Below, piece by piece: positions 11,327-25,628 of a stretch of DNA of 64,000 nt. Where the stretch lies: NCBI GenBank assembly GCA_964035545.1, contig OZ037772.1:9107150-9171149 (forward strand). The letters run 5' to 3'. The stretch is from Bugula neritina. Taxonomy: Eukaryota > Animalia > Bryozoa. Every line of letters starts with the position of its first letter. The stretch's first letter is position 1. Position numbers and translations under genes: made by a program. Under the pieces are notes generated by a model, which saw only the letters and a program-made list of their open reading frames with translations, made no database searches and had not been told where the DNA came from.

Positions 11327-11752
11327 TAATAGACCCTTTTCAAAGGTCCCCAATGTCCCCCTTACAATTAAGAGTTGTGTCCTTTCAAAATGAAAATGTT
11401 GAACAAAATAGACTTGAACTCATTCTCGTGGATTTGGTTGCTGAGCAATGCTGAAGTGCTACTCCAGCCTCGCTCAGTAACCAAAACCACAAAAATGCTT
11501 TCAAGTTTATTTTCTTTAAAATTATCCATGAAGAAATATTTTAAAATATTTTTTTGACTGCTAATATATTTTGTGCTTATAATATCAAAATATTTATCTC
11601 CTAAAAAAACAATTCTATAGCATAATTATAATTTTAAATAGCAGTCAAACTTTAATTTTTTAATGAGTTTGCTCTTTATACAAAGGTTCAACATTTCATT
11701 TTGAGAAGACACAACTCTTAATTGTAAGGGGACTTTTGAAAAGGGTTTACTA
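11327..11752. mobile_element. MITE/foldback element with ~75-bp terminal inverted repeats
   Basis: TAGACCCTTTTCAAAG...CCCCTTACAATTAAGAGTTGTGTC...GTTGAAC is mirrored by GTTCAAC...GACACAACTCTTAATTGTAAGGGG...CTTTTGAAAAGGGTTTACTA. Confidence 0.8.
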
Positions 11753-12012
11753 TATTGTTAAAGTCAAAGTATTTTGCTTTTAAAGTTTAAAAACTGGTGA
11801 CACAAAATTTGATAATAAATATTTATGGAAACTAAAACACCGAAAAAGAAAGTTGACTGCTATAATTGTAATTAAGCTTGTTTTAAATGTGTTACAGCTA
11901 AATTCTTCAACATATTTTTGCATATTTTAAATTGCTAAAGAACATTATTACTCTGCAAACATATAATACAATTATAAATTTCAACATTACTATAATGATT
12001 AAATAGTTTACT

Positions 12013-15000
12013 ATGTCTTCTCAATTTTTCTCAGTATTACGATGCAACAACAGTGTGACAAATATTACTCAATATGTCAGCAGGTAATAAAATATATCAC
12101 TGTGTCAATTTATCAATGTGTCAGACTATAATTGCGTCAGTCTATCAATGTGTCAGTCTATTAATGTGTCAGTCTACTAATGTGTCAGACTATCACTGTG
12201 TCAGACTATCACTGTGTCAGTCTATCAATGTGTTAGTATATCAATGTGTCAGACTATCAATGTGTCAGACTATCAATGTGTCAGTCTATCAATGTGCCAG
12301 TTTATCAGTGTGTCAGTCTATCAATGCGTCAGTCTATTAATGTGTCAGCATTTAATAAAGTTTTTTAAAGTTCTCGCAGATAGTTGAAATGTTCTAATAC
12401 GGTGACAATAATCAAAACTTTGTCAGAGAAATTATCCAGCTTACAAATAAGTACAAATAGAAATGCTCTCAATCGGTCAACCTAAAAGGAGCAACACTGC
12501 TAAATAAGTCAGCATACTGTCGGATGCGTATAATCAGTGTTAACATGTCTCCTGACTCTTAAAATTGTACTTTATCTAAAAAGTTGACGTGTCCATCTGA
12601 AGATACTGTAAATATGTTAAAAACTATTAACAAACCAAAACAGCAATTTATGAAAAAATTTAAAATGTTTTAATTTTTTGAACACTTTTTGGCAAAAATT
12701 ACACACATCTGATTAGTAAAAAATTAAAATGAGTCCCACGTACATGTAGGATCTATTTCCAAATGGTTCAAGTAAAGATAATGTTTATATTATTGCATAA
12801 TTTTTCTTGTTTCTGCCAGAATTGATCTATAATTAACTAATCTTTATACTTCTCAACTCAATTTATAGGTGGCAGCACCAAGGAAGAAGATTCATCTCTA
12901 AGTCTACTTTGAATAGAACTCCATTTCCTGCCAACATATCAGAGTTGGTATCAGTGACGGACTTTAAAACTCATCTCAACATAGCTAAGCGGAAAGAAGA
13001 TGCAACTTCAAGAGAGCATTTAAAATATTATATGCCCGAATTTAAGTGAGTTTTTGCAAGGTTTTTTTTATCAAAATCTAAAATTCACTGTTTCTAATAA
13101 CGTGTATAGCATCAGAAAAAGAATTGATATAGATCAGGAAATAAGTGGTTACTATGAATGTGCTGTCTATCATTGAGTAGGCCCTAAATGCCTACATCGT
13201 TGAATGTTATTTTTTCTCTACATGTGCTGAATATGCTATTCTTAATATGTATAAAAGTACATTATGAATCATAACCCATGAGCTTTTAGTTTGTTTTAGT
13301 ACAATAGACAATAAAAATTTTATATCTTTTTAAATTTTCAAAATTAGATGCAATTAAATATTTAGTTTTATCTGGCCACCTCTGGAATTATTTCAGTAGC
13401 CTAAACAAAGACCTTTGATTAAAAAAGAACTGTGGTTATACTTCATGCATGCTATAATATGATGTATCTAATATGTTGACATATGAATGATTATAATAAA
13501 ATTCAACATTTTATTTTTAGAGCGTCAGCAACTGTAACCATCAAACCAGATACAATAGGAGAAAATGATGAATGGGAGATCGGGTGGATTACAGGTTGCA
13601 AAAGCTTTGAACACAACTATTTATTTAACTCTTATGAAGCCTTTGGAAAATGGTACATACCAGCATTGCTTTTAGGTTTGTGTCTGCTTACACACCGCAT
13701 TTCTATCACTCATAAGATAAGAATCTAAGACAGATTGCATGGAGTCTAAGATAATTTTTTTTTTAATTTTTGCTTTGTGGTAATTATTAGTATTGAGCTA
13801 TAACTGTAATAGTTTCAGTTCAGTGGCTAAAACTATTAACAAAATTCAATATAAGTACTATAAGTTAATAACTCTCACTCAACTCACTCAAGCAAGTTTA
13901 TAGTAAGCTATCCCTGTGAGAAACTCCTGATGGAAAGGGTTCTTGATTGTACGGCTAAGGACTTGTTTAGATGAGGCACAGGAGCAATTATGACTGGGTG
14001 CTTTTCCTAACATCAACAATGGCCTTTACCGGGGTTTGAACCCATGACTTCATGTTCTCAAAGCAAACACTTTAACCCCTAAACCACGGCTGCTCTCTAT
14101 AAGTACTAGTTAATAGTTGGTAAAAAAATGAAACATTATATATATTAGTATTTACATCACCAGCAATACAGTAATGTAGTAATGTGACATTTTATTCTGT
14201 CCTCACTTGCAATTAGGACACCTGGTGGAGATTGCTTTTAGACAGATCTCTGCTTGGAACACAAAAGCCTACCTGACATTATCAGTAGTTAAGAGTTAAA
14301 TCTAGAACTTTGTACTTTAACATTACACCTGTCCCTAATACTAATATGGCGACATTTGCATATGCAACAGATTTGAGAAAATAACATTTGATAAATATAA
14401 ATTGAAAGCTTTTACCAATATCTAACCTATATAATTATATCTACAAATATTTAGAATAACAGATGGATTAGCATTTATTATGTATACATACAAAAATGAA
14501 GTCTATTACATTTAAGATACATTATATGAAGTTTAATTTTTATGTAGCAAGATGGATACAGTATTTAATATGAAATATCAGATATATTAGTTTCAAAACA
14601 TACATTCAATTTAATATTTTACATACTATGTCAATTTAATTTCATTTAGGAGGTCATTAAACATTGAACAAATCCCGTTTCAAGTATACCAGACCTTGAA
14701 AAATAATATATATTCTATACTATAATTTATATAACATAGTTTTCTATTCTATTTTTAGAAGAAACAGACATGATTCATGTGTTTCATGATGGGAAAGGGC
14801 CTTGGCATAAAGTTTCCAAGGACTCGGTAAGTTTTTCATCTCAGAATACTGAGAGATGTTCATTTTCAGCTTTCTCCAAACTAAGTAAAATAACTTACAA
14901 CCGTATTATAGTGATGGGTTTACTCAGTGGTCCCCGTGGTGTAATGGTCACCACACTTGCTTGCAAGCCAGAGGTCTCGGGTTCGATTCCCAGTGGAGGC

Positions 15001-18000
15001 AAAATTATTTTTCACTTATAAATGAGTTTTTTTACTAAGTAAGATAAAACTATGTACATTATTTGCAATTAAGCCTGCCAGAAAAAGCATTAATTATGAA
15101 CCAAAAGTGAGTACGTATCAACTTTGCAAGACTGAGATCCCTTTACTTTGCCATCTAAATATTGTACAATCAGAGATTCATGGCAATGAAAATGGGCTTT
15201 TTAATTAGACTCACGACTTCTTTTCTATTAGGCTACAAAGAAGCAAATATGGCTGAAGGAACTTTTATCATTATCACGGGCTTTTACTGAAATTAGAACC
15301 CCTGACCTTGTGCTTACCAAACCCAACTCACTTTCAAGTCAGAAGCCTGTTTAATCTAATACTAAACTAGTACTAATACTAACACTAAACTAGTACTAAT
15401 ACTAATACTAAACTAGTACTAATACTAATACTAAACTAGTACTAATACTAATACTAAACTAGTACTAATACTAATACCAAATTAGTACTAATACTAATAC
15501 TAAACTAGTACTAATACTAATACTAAACTAGTACTAATACTAATACTAAACTAGTACTAATACTAATACTAAATTAGTACTAATACTTATACTAAACATG
15601 ACAATTTTACAGTTAGTGAGGTTCAATTCTCAATCAAATAAGGAAAAGGAGATCAGTACGAACTTGAAGCTCTCCAGTCAAGCCATTATGCAATGCAAAT
15701 GGCACACCCCAGCAGACCCGAGATATGCCATTAGCCAACTCAACTTTGTCTCAGGATTAGAACAATTCTCAACTTGGCTGGTGCTCAAATCCTGCCCCTC
15801 AGGTAGAGTTGAGGGTGGCTTAGTGCATTAGTTTGGGTTCTCCAGTTTAGAGTTTGGAGCTTTATTTAAAGCCCTAATTCTAAATTTGAAAAATCAAACT
15901 ATTGCACTCAGTCACCTCCAACTCGGAGCTGCTTATAGACCAAAATACTGTACTTCAGCTTACAATCTGATTGCATTGATATCATAGCCACTTATTCTAG
16001 TGTTTATACTATTTAGTGTTTACCAAAGATAAGCATACAATGCACCCACTGAAAAAGTTTTTTAATGTGATATATTATAGGCATGTAAGCAGTACCTACC
16101 ATTGGTGCTACCAATAAAGCAGACAATCATAACTGTGTCTCTGCTGCAATAAAATGTTTAAAAGCAATGTTGGTAAAATTCACAATGCTTTTATATAGCT
16201 ATATATTTTGAAGAATAAAGCCACTTAGGTTTTTATAGAAATTTGGGTTTCCATTAATATTTTGCTTTTAAACAGGAATATATCTTTATTAGATAACATT
16301 GAAATAATGAAGTTTAATTTTTTAGTATTTTGGTTTGTATTTGAATAAATGTGCAACAGTTTATGTGAAAGCTGTTGTCTCTAGAATGTTCTAAAAACAA
16401 GTAAAATATTATTTTTGTATAGATGAAATATGATGTACACATTATACCATGTTTGTAGATGAAATACAAATAAAGAATAATAAGTTTGCAGAAGAATTCC
16501 ATGTGCTGAAAACTATTGAATGGTGTACATATTTTCAAGCTTATGTAGTTTGGAACAACCAATTAGGTACGAAAGAGATCAGCATTCTTCCAAAAAGTAA
16601 GTTTATTACGCAAAAAAAATTGAATTATCTTTTGCTATTAGTCAATCACATAAAACTCGAACCTGGAAATTTCCCTCCCCTTTTGCCTTACACTTCACTA
16701 TAAAAGCCGAAATAGCTTGTAATTATAAACTCTGCCTTTACCAAGATTTGAGCAGCAGACCTTCAGCTTGCAAGCAGAAATGTTATCCATAACACCACAG
16801 GGGCTGCCCTAGGTCAACTCAACATTACAAAACCCTTGCTTGTTAATGAATCTTGTGACTGATTGTCAGTTTTGAGAGTCATATACATAAAGCCAATTAT
16901 TACCAGTTCTCATGCACTATGATTAGCAAATCAGATATATTTGGTTAACTTGATCAATTTCAGTATATTATATGTCTGTTCTCGCTGAGTTGATAAACTT
17001 GAACGCTTTAGTCACAAAAAGATTCTGATTAAAGTAGAAGAATATGTTGCATTTAAGTTTATAAAATTGTTTTTTTTTAGCAATTCAGAATGAGTCTAGA
17101 CCCTTGAAACTTGCCAAACCTCTTCCAGAAAACATCCTAGCAGGACCAAATTTCAACGACAATGTAGCCTTTACGTTCCTTCGAGCTGTAAATGGTGGCC
17201 AAAGATTTTCGTCGGTAATTTTTTTTATTTCTTACACTTTGAAAATAAATGTTATTCTGCAGAGTCATACTGCAAGACAGGTTGAAAAGAAATATGCAAA
17301 ACTGTCTTTTGCAAATAATAAAATAAATGAGGGGCTAAATTTGTCTGGCTATAACATGCCAGTGTAGGATGAAGTGTTCCATTGACTGACCGTGACGTAT
17401 ACGTTTCTCGCAAGAAATAACATAATTATAAGAATTTTGTGAATATTTTTGATTATCCATAACTATATTTCTCACCTATCTCCGCTTTGTCTTGTTCGGT
17501 AGATTTTCTGCATAATTATAAAAGACAAAGTAAATTTTACGTACATATTTTATACTCAAATATCTATAAGCTCAAGTGTTTCATTAGTCTCATCTCTTTA
17601 AAAAAAACCTTTGATGTGTTCAGCCAAAGTAAATATTTGATTAAAATTTTAAGATAAAATATCAACGTTATTTTCTCTTGTGAGTAAGGAAAACATAATA
17701 ATCCTAATTGCTCAGAGGTCAAAGGTGAATTGTAGGCTAATATGAGCGTGTTACATAAAAAGTTGATTCTTTTTAGCAAAATTTATTTACCAAAGCTTTC
17801 TCACCAGTTACCATTAATAACCTTGTTTATTTTAATAACAGAAACTCTTACAATTTTTGAAATACTTTTAGAACAATATTTTTGTATTTTAATGATATTC
17901 ATCAAAAATTATTTTTTCTATGCAGTATAAATATATGAACAAAGAAGCTTTGTATGGCAGGTATTTTATTATTCAATTTAATTTATATGTTATACGTACA

Positions 18001-18055
18001 TTTATTCTAGGCTGTTATCCATCGCCCTGATGTACCTCTACCAACATTCAGCTGA
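12013..18055 (+). CDS. FAM78: FAM78-like paralogue A (exons 12013-12083, 12869-13045, 13521-13675, 14759-14826, 15613-15802, 16492-16596, 17081-17214, 18011-18055)
   Basis: Spliced ORF is open with GT-AG introns. Motifs LKYYMPEFKASATV, WEIGWITGC, GPWHK, EQFSTWLVLK, VLKTIEW and PLPENILAGPNFND resemble FAM78 as I recall it (FKASA, WVVGWIQAC, YPWY, FTTWLVA, LQTIKW, PIPPNALVKPNAND). Confidence 0.8.
12095..12350. repeat. 16-bp minisatellite (TGTGTCAGTCTATCAA)n in intron 1 of A
   Basis: About 15 degenerate tandem copies. Confidence 0.9.
13890..14096 (-). mobile_element. tRNA-derived SINE family 1 copy
   Basis: Sense strand GAGCAGCCGTGGTTTAGGGG (A box) ... GGTTCAAACCC (B box), then a body with GGCCATTG.TGATGTTAGGAA.AGCA.CCAGTCATAATTGCTCCTGTGCC. 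About 12 copies in the window. Confidence 0.85.
14908..15005 (+). repeat. tRNA(Ala-TGC)-like repeat family 2 copy
   Basis: Leader GTGATGGGTTTACTCAGTGG, then A box GTGGTGTAATGG, CTTGCAA loop, B box GGTTCGATTCC. Confidence 0.75.
15352..15597. repeat. 23-bp minisatellite (ACTAAACTAGTACTAATACTAAT)n
   Basis: About 10 copies ending just before the exon-5 acceptor of A. Confidence 0.9.
16690..16828 (-). repeat. tRNA-like repeat family 2 copy
   Basis: Reverse complement of the same leader, tRNA-like head and GCTATTTCGGC tail. Confidence 0.65.
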
Positions 18056-18934
18056 TTGCCTTAAGGAGAGAAAAAAGTGCCTTATGCCCAGGCCAAGAAC
18101 AATGTGCAGCTATTTAATTTGCTATAGCAATATATTGTGAAAAAATTGTATTTTGTCTACACTGCCACAAAAATGAGCAGTGATATCTAAAAATAAATTT
18201 TAGTTTTTTGAATGAATATTTGTTGATTTGTTTATTAAGTTAAAAGCAATACCAAAAAGTGTTGACAAAACCCTTTGTCCATTACGTTTTTAAAATCAAA
18301 TAACTTTTTTGAAAAGGTAATCATATCATGAATGCAACAATAGTAATAATTATAGGCTTAATAAATTTAAATTCAATTAGACTTAGTTTAGCTACCATGC
18401 AGTTATAATCCTGATATATCAGTATACATGTATACATGCATGCACAGTAATTAATCTTCAATATATAAGTTTAATAAAATTGATAGGCCAATGAATACAA
18501 TTGAATAATCTACTGTTTTGTACAAATAACGTTTTATCACTATAACTCAAATTTGTGAACTACTTGAATAAAACATACAAATTGAAAATTGCAACTCTTC
18601 AAAAACTGCTGGACAAATTCAATGTGTAAACAACTTCATATAAAGGCTATAGTTTAAAGGGTTGTTCAAATAAACTTATATTTTACAATTTTTAAATGAT
18701 GAAAGAAATTTTTAAACTATGCAATGAATTTGTAAATCAAGCTAGCAAAATTAATTAAATATTACTGTTGCTAGTAAACTAATTTTTTTTTAGAAAACTG
18801 TTAAAAATGTTTCTTTCAAAATAATATGTTTTTTGATTATAGTTGATTATTCCTAAAAACTTTCTTGAAATAGAAAAAAAAATAAACCTTTTTGTTTTGA
18901 TTTGAGAGTTTTTCATGGACCATACTCAATAAAA

Positions 18935-21900
18935 ATGCTCATTAATAAACTGAGAACTATTGCTTCAGCTCTTAAAAGATGCCAGCAACTAAAGAAATGG
19001 TCTTGTTCTAATATACCACACAACTTCCACACTTCTAGGTATGTGTGCATCTTACACTTTTACTGGTTTCAAGATTCCAGTTTCAAACTTTTAAACTGAA
19101 TGTTGTTCTCTAGCTGCAATCAGTTGAGAAAAAGCATTAATATTGTGAAATTTGGTTTATACAACAATAGGATTAAAAGAACATTAGGTAAACTGTGAAC
19201 AATTTTTTAATGATACATGAGTTTTGTTATATAATGATTCTAATTTTGTGAAATATAAAACTTTTGCCACCACCATATGGGATTCAAACCTGAGACTTCC
19301 AGCTCGCAAGCAAGCGTTAACCATTACACTGTAGAAACTATACTGCGACCACATCAAATTTAAAACTGTTTAAGTTGCAACCCATTTTTTTTAAAAATTG
19401 TTCCTGCAAGTTATACATTAAGGTGAGCTTGAAAAGTGCTCTTTTGTTAATGTTACATGTGCTCCCATTTAGGTGCAGTAAAGGATAAATTGAGATAGCT
19501 TAAGTCTTTTAGATTTCTTTATAAATTTTTGTTTGGGGCTCCGGTTGAAGTGTTTGTGAGAACACAACTTTTTTTTGCTACATTTCTAATCTAGAACACA
19601 GGCTTTTCTCAATTTCCTCATTACTGCACCTATAACTGTACCTCTGCTTGTGAACACTCATGGTTAGTTGTTTACAAACTAAAGGTTCTTTTCAACATCT
19701 CATTGGAGACTGGCTGGTCTACCGGACAACATAGAGAGTGTGGTTGATGTGTTACATCTGGAATATTCTATAAAAAAGCCTAAACATCCTGTAGAGATCT
19801 ATGCAAGTTCAATTGGCCCAAAATTCAACATGTATAATCTTTTGTGAGTTTTTCTCCCATTTTCCAGTCATACTGCAAGTTGTAAAAATTTCAGTATCAA
19901 CTGTAAACTATGAGTAGTTGTGAACAAAATATAGCTCAAGTAACTCTTAAGTAGCTCTTAAACAATGTTACTTAAGTAGTTCTTAAACTATGTTACTCAA
20001 GTAACTCTTAAGTGTTAATAGAAAATCAAAAGTAGTTATATTACCTAACTATAACTTAAATGTATTATAGTTCTTGACAAAAAAATTAAGTATCTAATAA
20101 GTTTAAGCTAATTACAACTTAAGTGGGTCTTAGTCAAATAAAATTAAAGTATAGCTATATTAACCTACTATAATTCAAGTAGCTCTGAGGTCTTGACCAA
20201 CTCTACATTAAGTGGCTCTTGGCTAATAATACTTTAAGTAACTTTTATAACTCAACTATAACTTGGGTAACTTCTTCAACCAACTGCAAATTAGAGTAAA
20301 TTTTGACCAACTATATAACTATACATTTTATGTGAACAGTGTTAAGGCATTAGTACACATACGTAAAGAGTGTGATGATGACGAGTGGACCATTGGCTGG
20401 ATTCAGGGTATAAACACAAACTTAGCATCTCATTATGGTGACTATGGATGTGTAAGGGTTGTCAACCCTACCCTTGCACCAGGTAAGCATTAAATAAACT
20501 CACACAAGTCGAAATCTCTGTGCAAAACCCCTGATGTAAAGGGAGTTTTAAGCAGGCTAAGAACTTATTCATATGTGGCACAGGAGCAATTATGATTAGA
20601 TGCTCTTCCTAACATCACCAATGGTCTTTACTGGGGTTCAAACCCATGACTCCGAGTTTACCGAGCAAGCACTCTAACCCCTAGACCACAGCTGCTCCCT
20701 ATTCACTATAAGCTCTACTAAGCTAAAACTGTAACCCCTAGAGAAAGTGAAAGCAGTTTATGATGTAGATGCAAGAGTAGCAAAAAACTGCTGATTTTTG
20801 ACAGTTTTTATTTCAGCCTTAAACCAAATTTATTAGGTGAATTAACTGTTTTGGCAAGTAAAGCTTTGTTCTACTGCATGCACGTAAATAAAAAAAATAA
20901 AAATTAAAAAAATTAAATAGTTATTATCTTGCTGCAATATATGTGAAAAATTATTATTAGAAAAATACTGTTTTAATTTCTAATCCCCCAAAAATTAGAA
21001 TTCTATAAGTTTACAAATTAGTGTGTAAATTAGAATTTATTAGAGTCAGCTAGAAATCACTTCGTATGCTTTTGAAATCACTTTAAGGATTAATATGTCG
21101 CAATATATCTTGTTTGGCTTCAGATCCAAAAGACAAGAAATATCTGACTAAAGATGGCCACCAGACAACAGACCAGTATCTGCAAAGTTTAGAACGTAAG
21201 GCTAAGCTTTCTATACTGTAAAAGTTGTAATAAATTTAGTCTCCACGGTCAGTTATACACTACCTCAATTTCCATTATCATATTATGGGAATGGATTTTT
21301 TCATTTGGCTAATGGAAGTAGTTTTATCAAATGAAACTGCAACTATAAGTTAATGCAAACTGCAAACCGCAAATAATGCATAAAGAAAAGCAGTGATATA
21401 GTATGTTTCAGGAGTAAAAGTCTATAAACTAATATATAAATAACTCTCAGTTCATAACTTTATGGCAGTTCAGAGCTACCTTGTATCATGCAAATGTTGT
21501 AATTATCTTGACTTAATAAAGTAGATCAGCAATTTTAAGTGTTACAGCTTTTCAATTTTCTATTCAGCACTTAATTGTTCAAATTTGTAAACGGTTTGTT
21601 TAGCAATAATTAAAACAATGCAGTAGGTACTCGATAAATAAATTTTGTTTTCTTTACATGGTTTTCCTCAAAAACACATTTTATAAAATATTTGCTAAAT
21701 GGATTAAAAATGATCAATTTTTGAACATAGCTTAATGAAATATGTCTTTTTTCTTGAAAACATGGTACTGCTAACTATATAGAAAACACATAATATATAT
21801 ATTCACTGTTCTTATTTATAGATGGTTACGAGTGGTCAAATGATTCAGATGGAAGTTCTGAACTTCCCTGGATGTATTTCTATACTGTAAGTTTATTTCC

Positions 21901-24900
21901 TGATGTAGTGATGAGATCACCCATCAGTCTCCGTAGTGTAATTGGTTAGCACACTTGCTTGTCAGCCAGAGGTCTTGGGTTCGAATCCTAGTAGAGGCAA
22001 AGTTTTTTTATATAAGCTATTTCGGCCTTTAGTGAAATGTAGTAGTACTTCGAGGGAGTTGAGTAGACAGGAGAGCCTGAAGACTAAAGGAGTAGTAGCC
22101 AGGCCAGTGGAGTTGAGAGAACTGGGTGGGTTGTAGTAATGAATTTACCCAGTTTACTATAATGCTCTTTACTAAAGGCCAAAATAGCTTATAAAAAACT
22201 TTGCCCCCTTCTGAGACTTGAGACCTGAGACCTCTGACTTGCAAGCACGTGTGCATGGGTGAACTCATCACTACACATGCAATATTTTATATTCTAAGGG
22301 CACTTGCATCACTTGTTCATTCTGTCAGCTATACCAAAGTATGTGCTATAACATGTTTTGGTTGACACTATTAGTTTGGTAGATTATAGCCAATTATATC
22401 TCAATTCTTCTACTTTGAGGGCATAATCTGACCCTTGGTGCATATGGTTATATATTATATATGACATAAAGCAATTGCCTATATACTATGCTGTTAGCAA
22501 TATATAATTTTATTAATTTCAAATTTAATTTAAATGGTATCCTTTTCCATAAATTCACATTATGCAAATGAATGCCTGTACGGATTGTTTGTGGTTTGCA
22601 TTCACTTATATTTGCAGTTTCATTCAATATGTAACTATTTTCATTAGTTGGGTGGAAAAGTTCATCCACGATAATAGAAACACAAGTGATTATGCAAATC
22701 ATGGATAAAAAACTCATGCAAGCTTATAGTCGCTATCCCTGTGAGAAACCTCTAATGCATGGAAGGTGTTTCGTTAAAGTGGGCTAAGGACTTATTCGAA
22801 TATGGCACAGGAGCAATTATGACTGCATGGATGCTCTTCCTAACATCACCAATGGCCTTTGTCTGGGCTTGAACCCATGACTTTGCGCTTCCTATGAGGC
22901 GAACGCTCTAACCCTTAGACCACGGCTGCTCCCTTGCAAATCATGAATGCCTGTACAGAATTATTTGTTGCTTGGGTTTGCATAATGTTATGGTTGTAGT
23001 TTCATTAGATCAAATTAATTCAATTAAGTCCTGAGTGAAAAATTAGTTTGCATAATGTGAATCATGGAAATGTAATAAATAAAATGTAATAAATAAAAGA
23101 CCTGTAATTTGAGAGTTGTGTTGAGAGCGTTTTTGTAAATTATTTTACTTTAGAATGCAAAAATATTAGATAGCTTTCAAATGCATTAATTTTGAATTAT
23201 GGTTGCAAATAAAATTATCAGAAATTTTTTACTCTCCTATGCATAATATTATATGAACTATATATAACTTTCTATAAAATATTATAAGTAAAACATACAG
23301 AATATTTTCTGTGATCTATAATGCTCTACACCAATCTTATACCATGGTATAAAGCATTTATTAGCTTTGCGTTTAAACCTCTTAAGTCTTTACCTCTAAG
23401 TTCAAAAGAGTTTTGTAATCAACACAAAAAATTTAACTCAGGCATTAAAACATTAAAAAATTTGAATTCTTTTCATTAAAAACTCTATCATGCAATCTTT
23501 TTTTAAATAATTTGCTGAAACAGAAATATTTCTTTTTACAAACTCGAGTTGGAAATATTATTATTTTTTTTAAAAAAAGAATTACAAAAAATTTACAAAA
23601 AAAATTTACATTATATTTTAATTACCAAAATTGCTACCTTACCGTATATACCTGTAGTTTGGGTGTTTCAGATAATTCAATTCTCCCATCACTGAGCTCA
23701 AAAATAAATTTTCTGCTTTAGAGAGAGCCTAACGTAACTGACACTAAAATGATTCCGTGGGTGTGTCAATTATTTTCAACTGACAAGCCTTTCATGCTGC
23801 CTTCATGGGAGCATCCTTTTAGCAAAGAAAAACAACCGACTCTCACTAAAGTCACAAGAAAAGACCAATTCCTTTTGTGGCTGGCTATCAAATCTAAAAA
23901 ATCCAGTAAGTTGAAAAGCTTAAAAATGGAAGATATAAATATTAGCACTTTTTCTTTTATTTCAACACTGAAAAAACCTTGTTATACTAGGTTACATTTA
24001 AAATTTTCAACTACCTAAAACAAAAATTTGTTGCCTCATAAAACAATTGTGAACTGGGAACTTTATTTAGTACAGATCAGCAAGTTGTGATCAAACGTTA
24101 AAGTTTGCTCAAAATTAATTGGAGTTTACTATATTTGGTATGTTAATGTGCTGATTATATAGTAAAATCTATACAATACAGTAATGGTATTGATATTGGG
24201 TAATCTATACACTAAAGTAATGGTATTGATATTTGGTTAATCTATACAATACAATAATGATATTGATATTGGGTAATCTATATACTACAGTAATGGTATT
24301 GATATTAGGTAATCACATAGTAATATGGTACTGGTATTGTAGAAGAAGTAAGGGTATTAAGAACTCTCAGATGGAATACAAGTCTACATGCTGACTTTGA
24401 CGTAACAAAGCCTCCTTTTGACGGAGGCATCACAATCACCTTCCCAGGTAATTGGCAGCAAATCTGATTATAATCGGCAGCTGGTTTGATTATATTACTT
24501 TGTTAGCCTAGGGCCACACTGTGCGTGTTTTCGCATGCAAAAATTGAAACCACAAGTAGCAAAGGTGTCCACTGTAGCGTCAGTGATGCGTGATGAATAA
24601 AGCTTTCATTTTTAAATCGCACTTGCTTTCAATAAAACGCAATTCACTGGAATGTAGCACTAAAATAAAGAAATTGGGCTTGCTGAATAACTACCAGCCA
24701 ATTAGGTGACGACGACAGAGACAATTCGCACTTGCGTTGAGAATGCTGAGCGACAAGTGCGAATGTTTTCTCAACGCGTACAGTGGACACCTTTGCTACT
24801 TGTGTTTTCAATTTTCGCATGCGAAAATACGCACCATGTGGCCCTAGGCTTAGTGTTTACGCAGAGATACCAAATTTTATGTATCAAATTGAGGTTTTTG

Positions 24901-25580
24901 AAAAGTTGAGTCCAAAATTTGAGTATTGAAACTAAAGAAATCTTCTATAAGACAAAAAAATTGCTTTGTCGATTAAAATTATATGTTAATTATTGAAAAT
25001 ATACGATTAACAGATTAACACATACATGTAGCTGAAACTTTGTTGATCAATTTATTATAAAAATAAGTTTCTGATCAATTTATTTTAAAAAATCCGATTT
25101 GATTCTTTAAAAATTATTGCTCTATTTGAGTATAGTTTTTTAATATAAATTGTTGAAGGCGCTCTTTTAAAGAGTGCATTTATATTCTAGGCAATAAATG
25201 TAAATGTGAAAAACATACCGGTAATATGATTTTTAGAAAGACTAAAGTCATAGTTGTTAATATATAACATAAAGGAATAAAATAAATTTTTTGTTAGTAA
25301 AAAAACAATAACAAATGTTGATGGAGCTATTTGTGCTAATAAAAACTTTTTTATTTCATAATTACAGTAGGGCTAAAATTCTCTAAAGACACTACTGATG
25401 TAACAGAATGATTTAATATATGAATATTTTTGTCTCTGTAACAGATGAGGATAACTATATCAAACTGTTGGACAAGAATATAGATATTCCTCCGAATGTA
25501 TTGAAATTTCCTAGAGCTAACAAGGCCTTTACACACCTCTGGCACCCAAAAGATTCCCCAGATAACCCAGTAGTAAGTGG

Positions 25581-25628
<48 letters not shown>

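Noticed and set aside
14930-15001. Functional tRNA-Ala(TGC) gene (and similar copies)
   Set aside because: Acceptor and anticodon stems pair poorly, copies are mutually diverged and embedded in a longer repeat. Treated as a tRNA-derived repeat; tRNAscan-SE would settle it.
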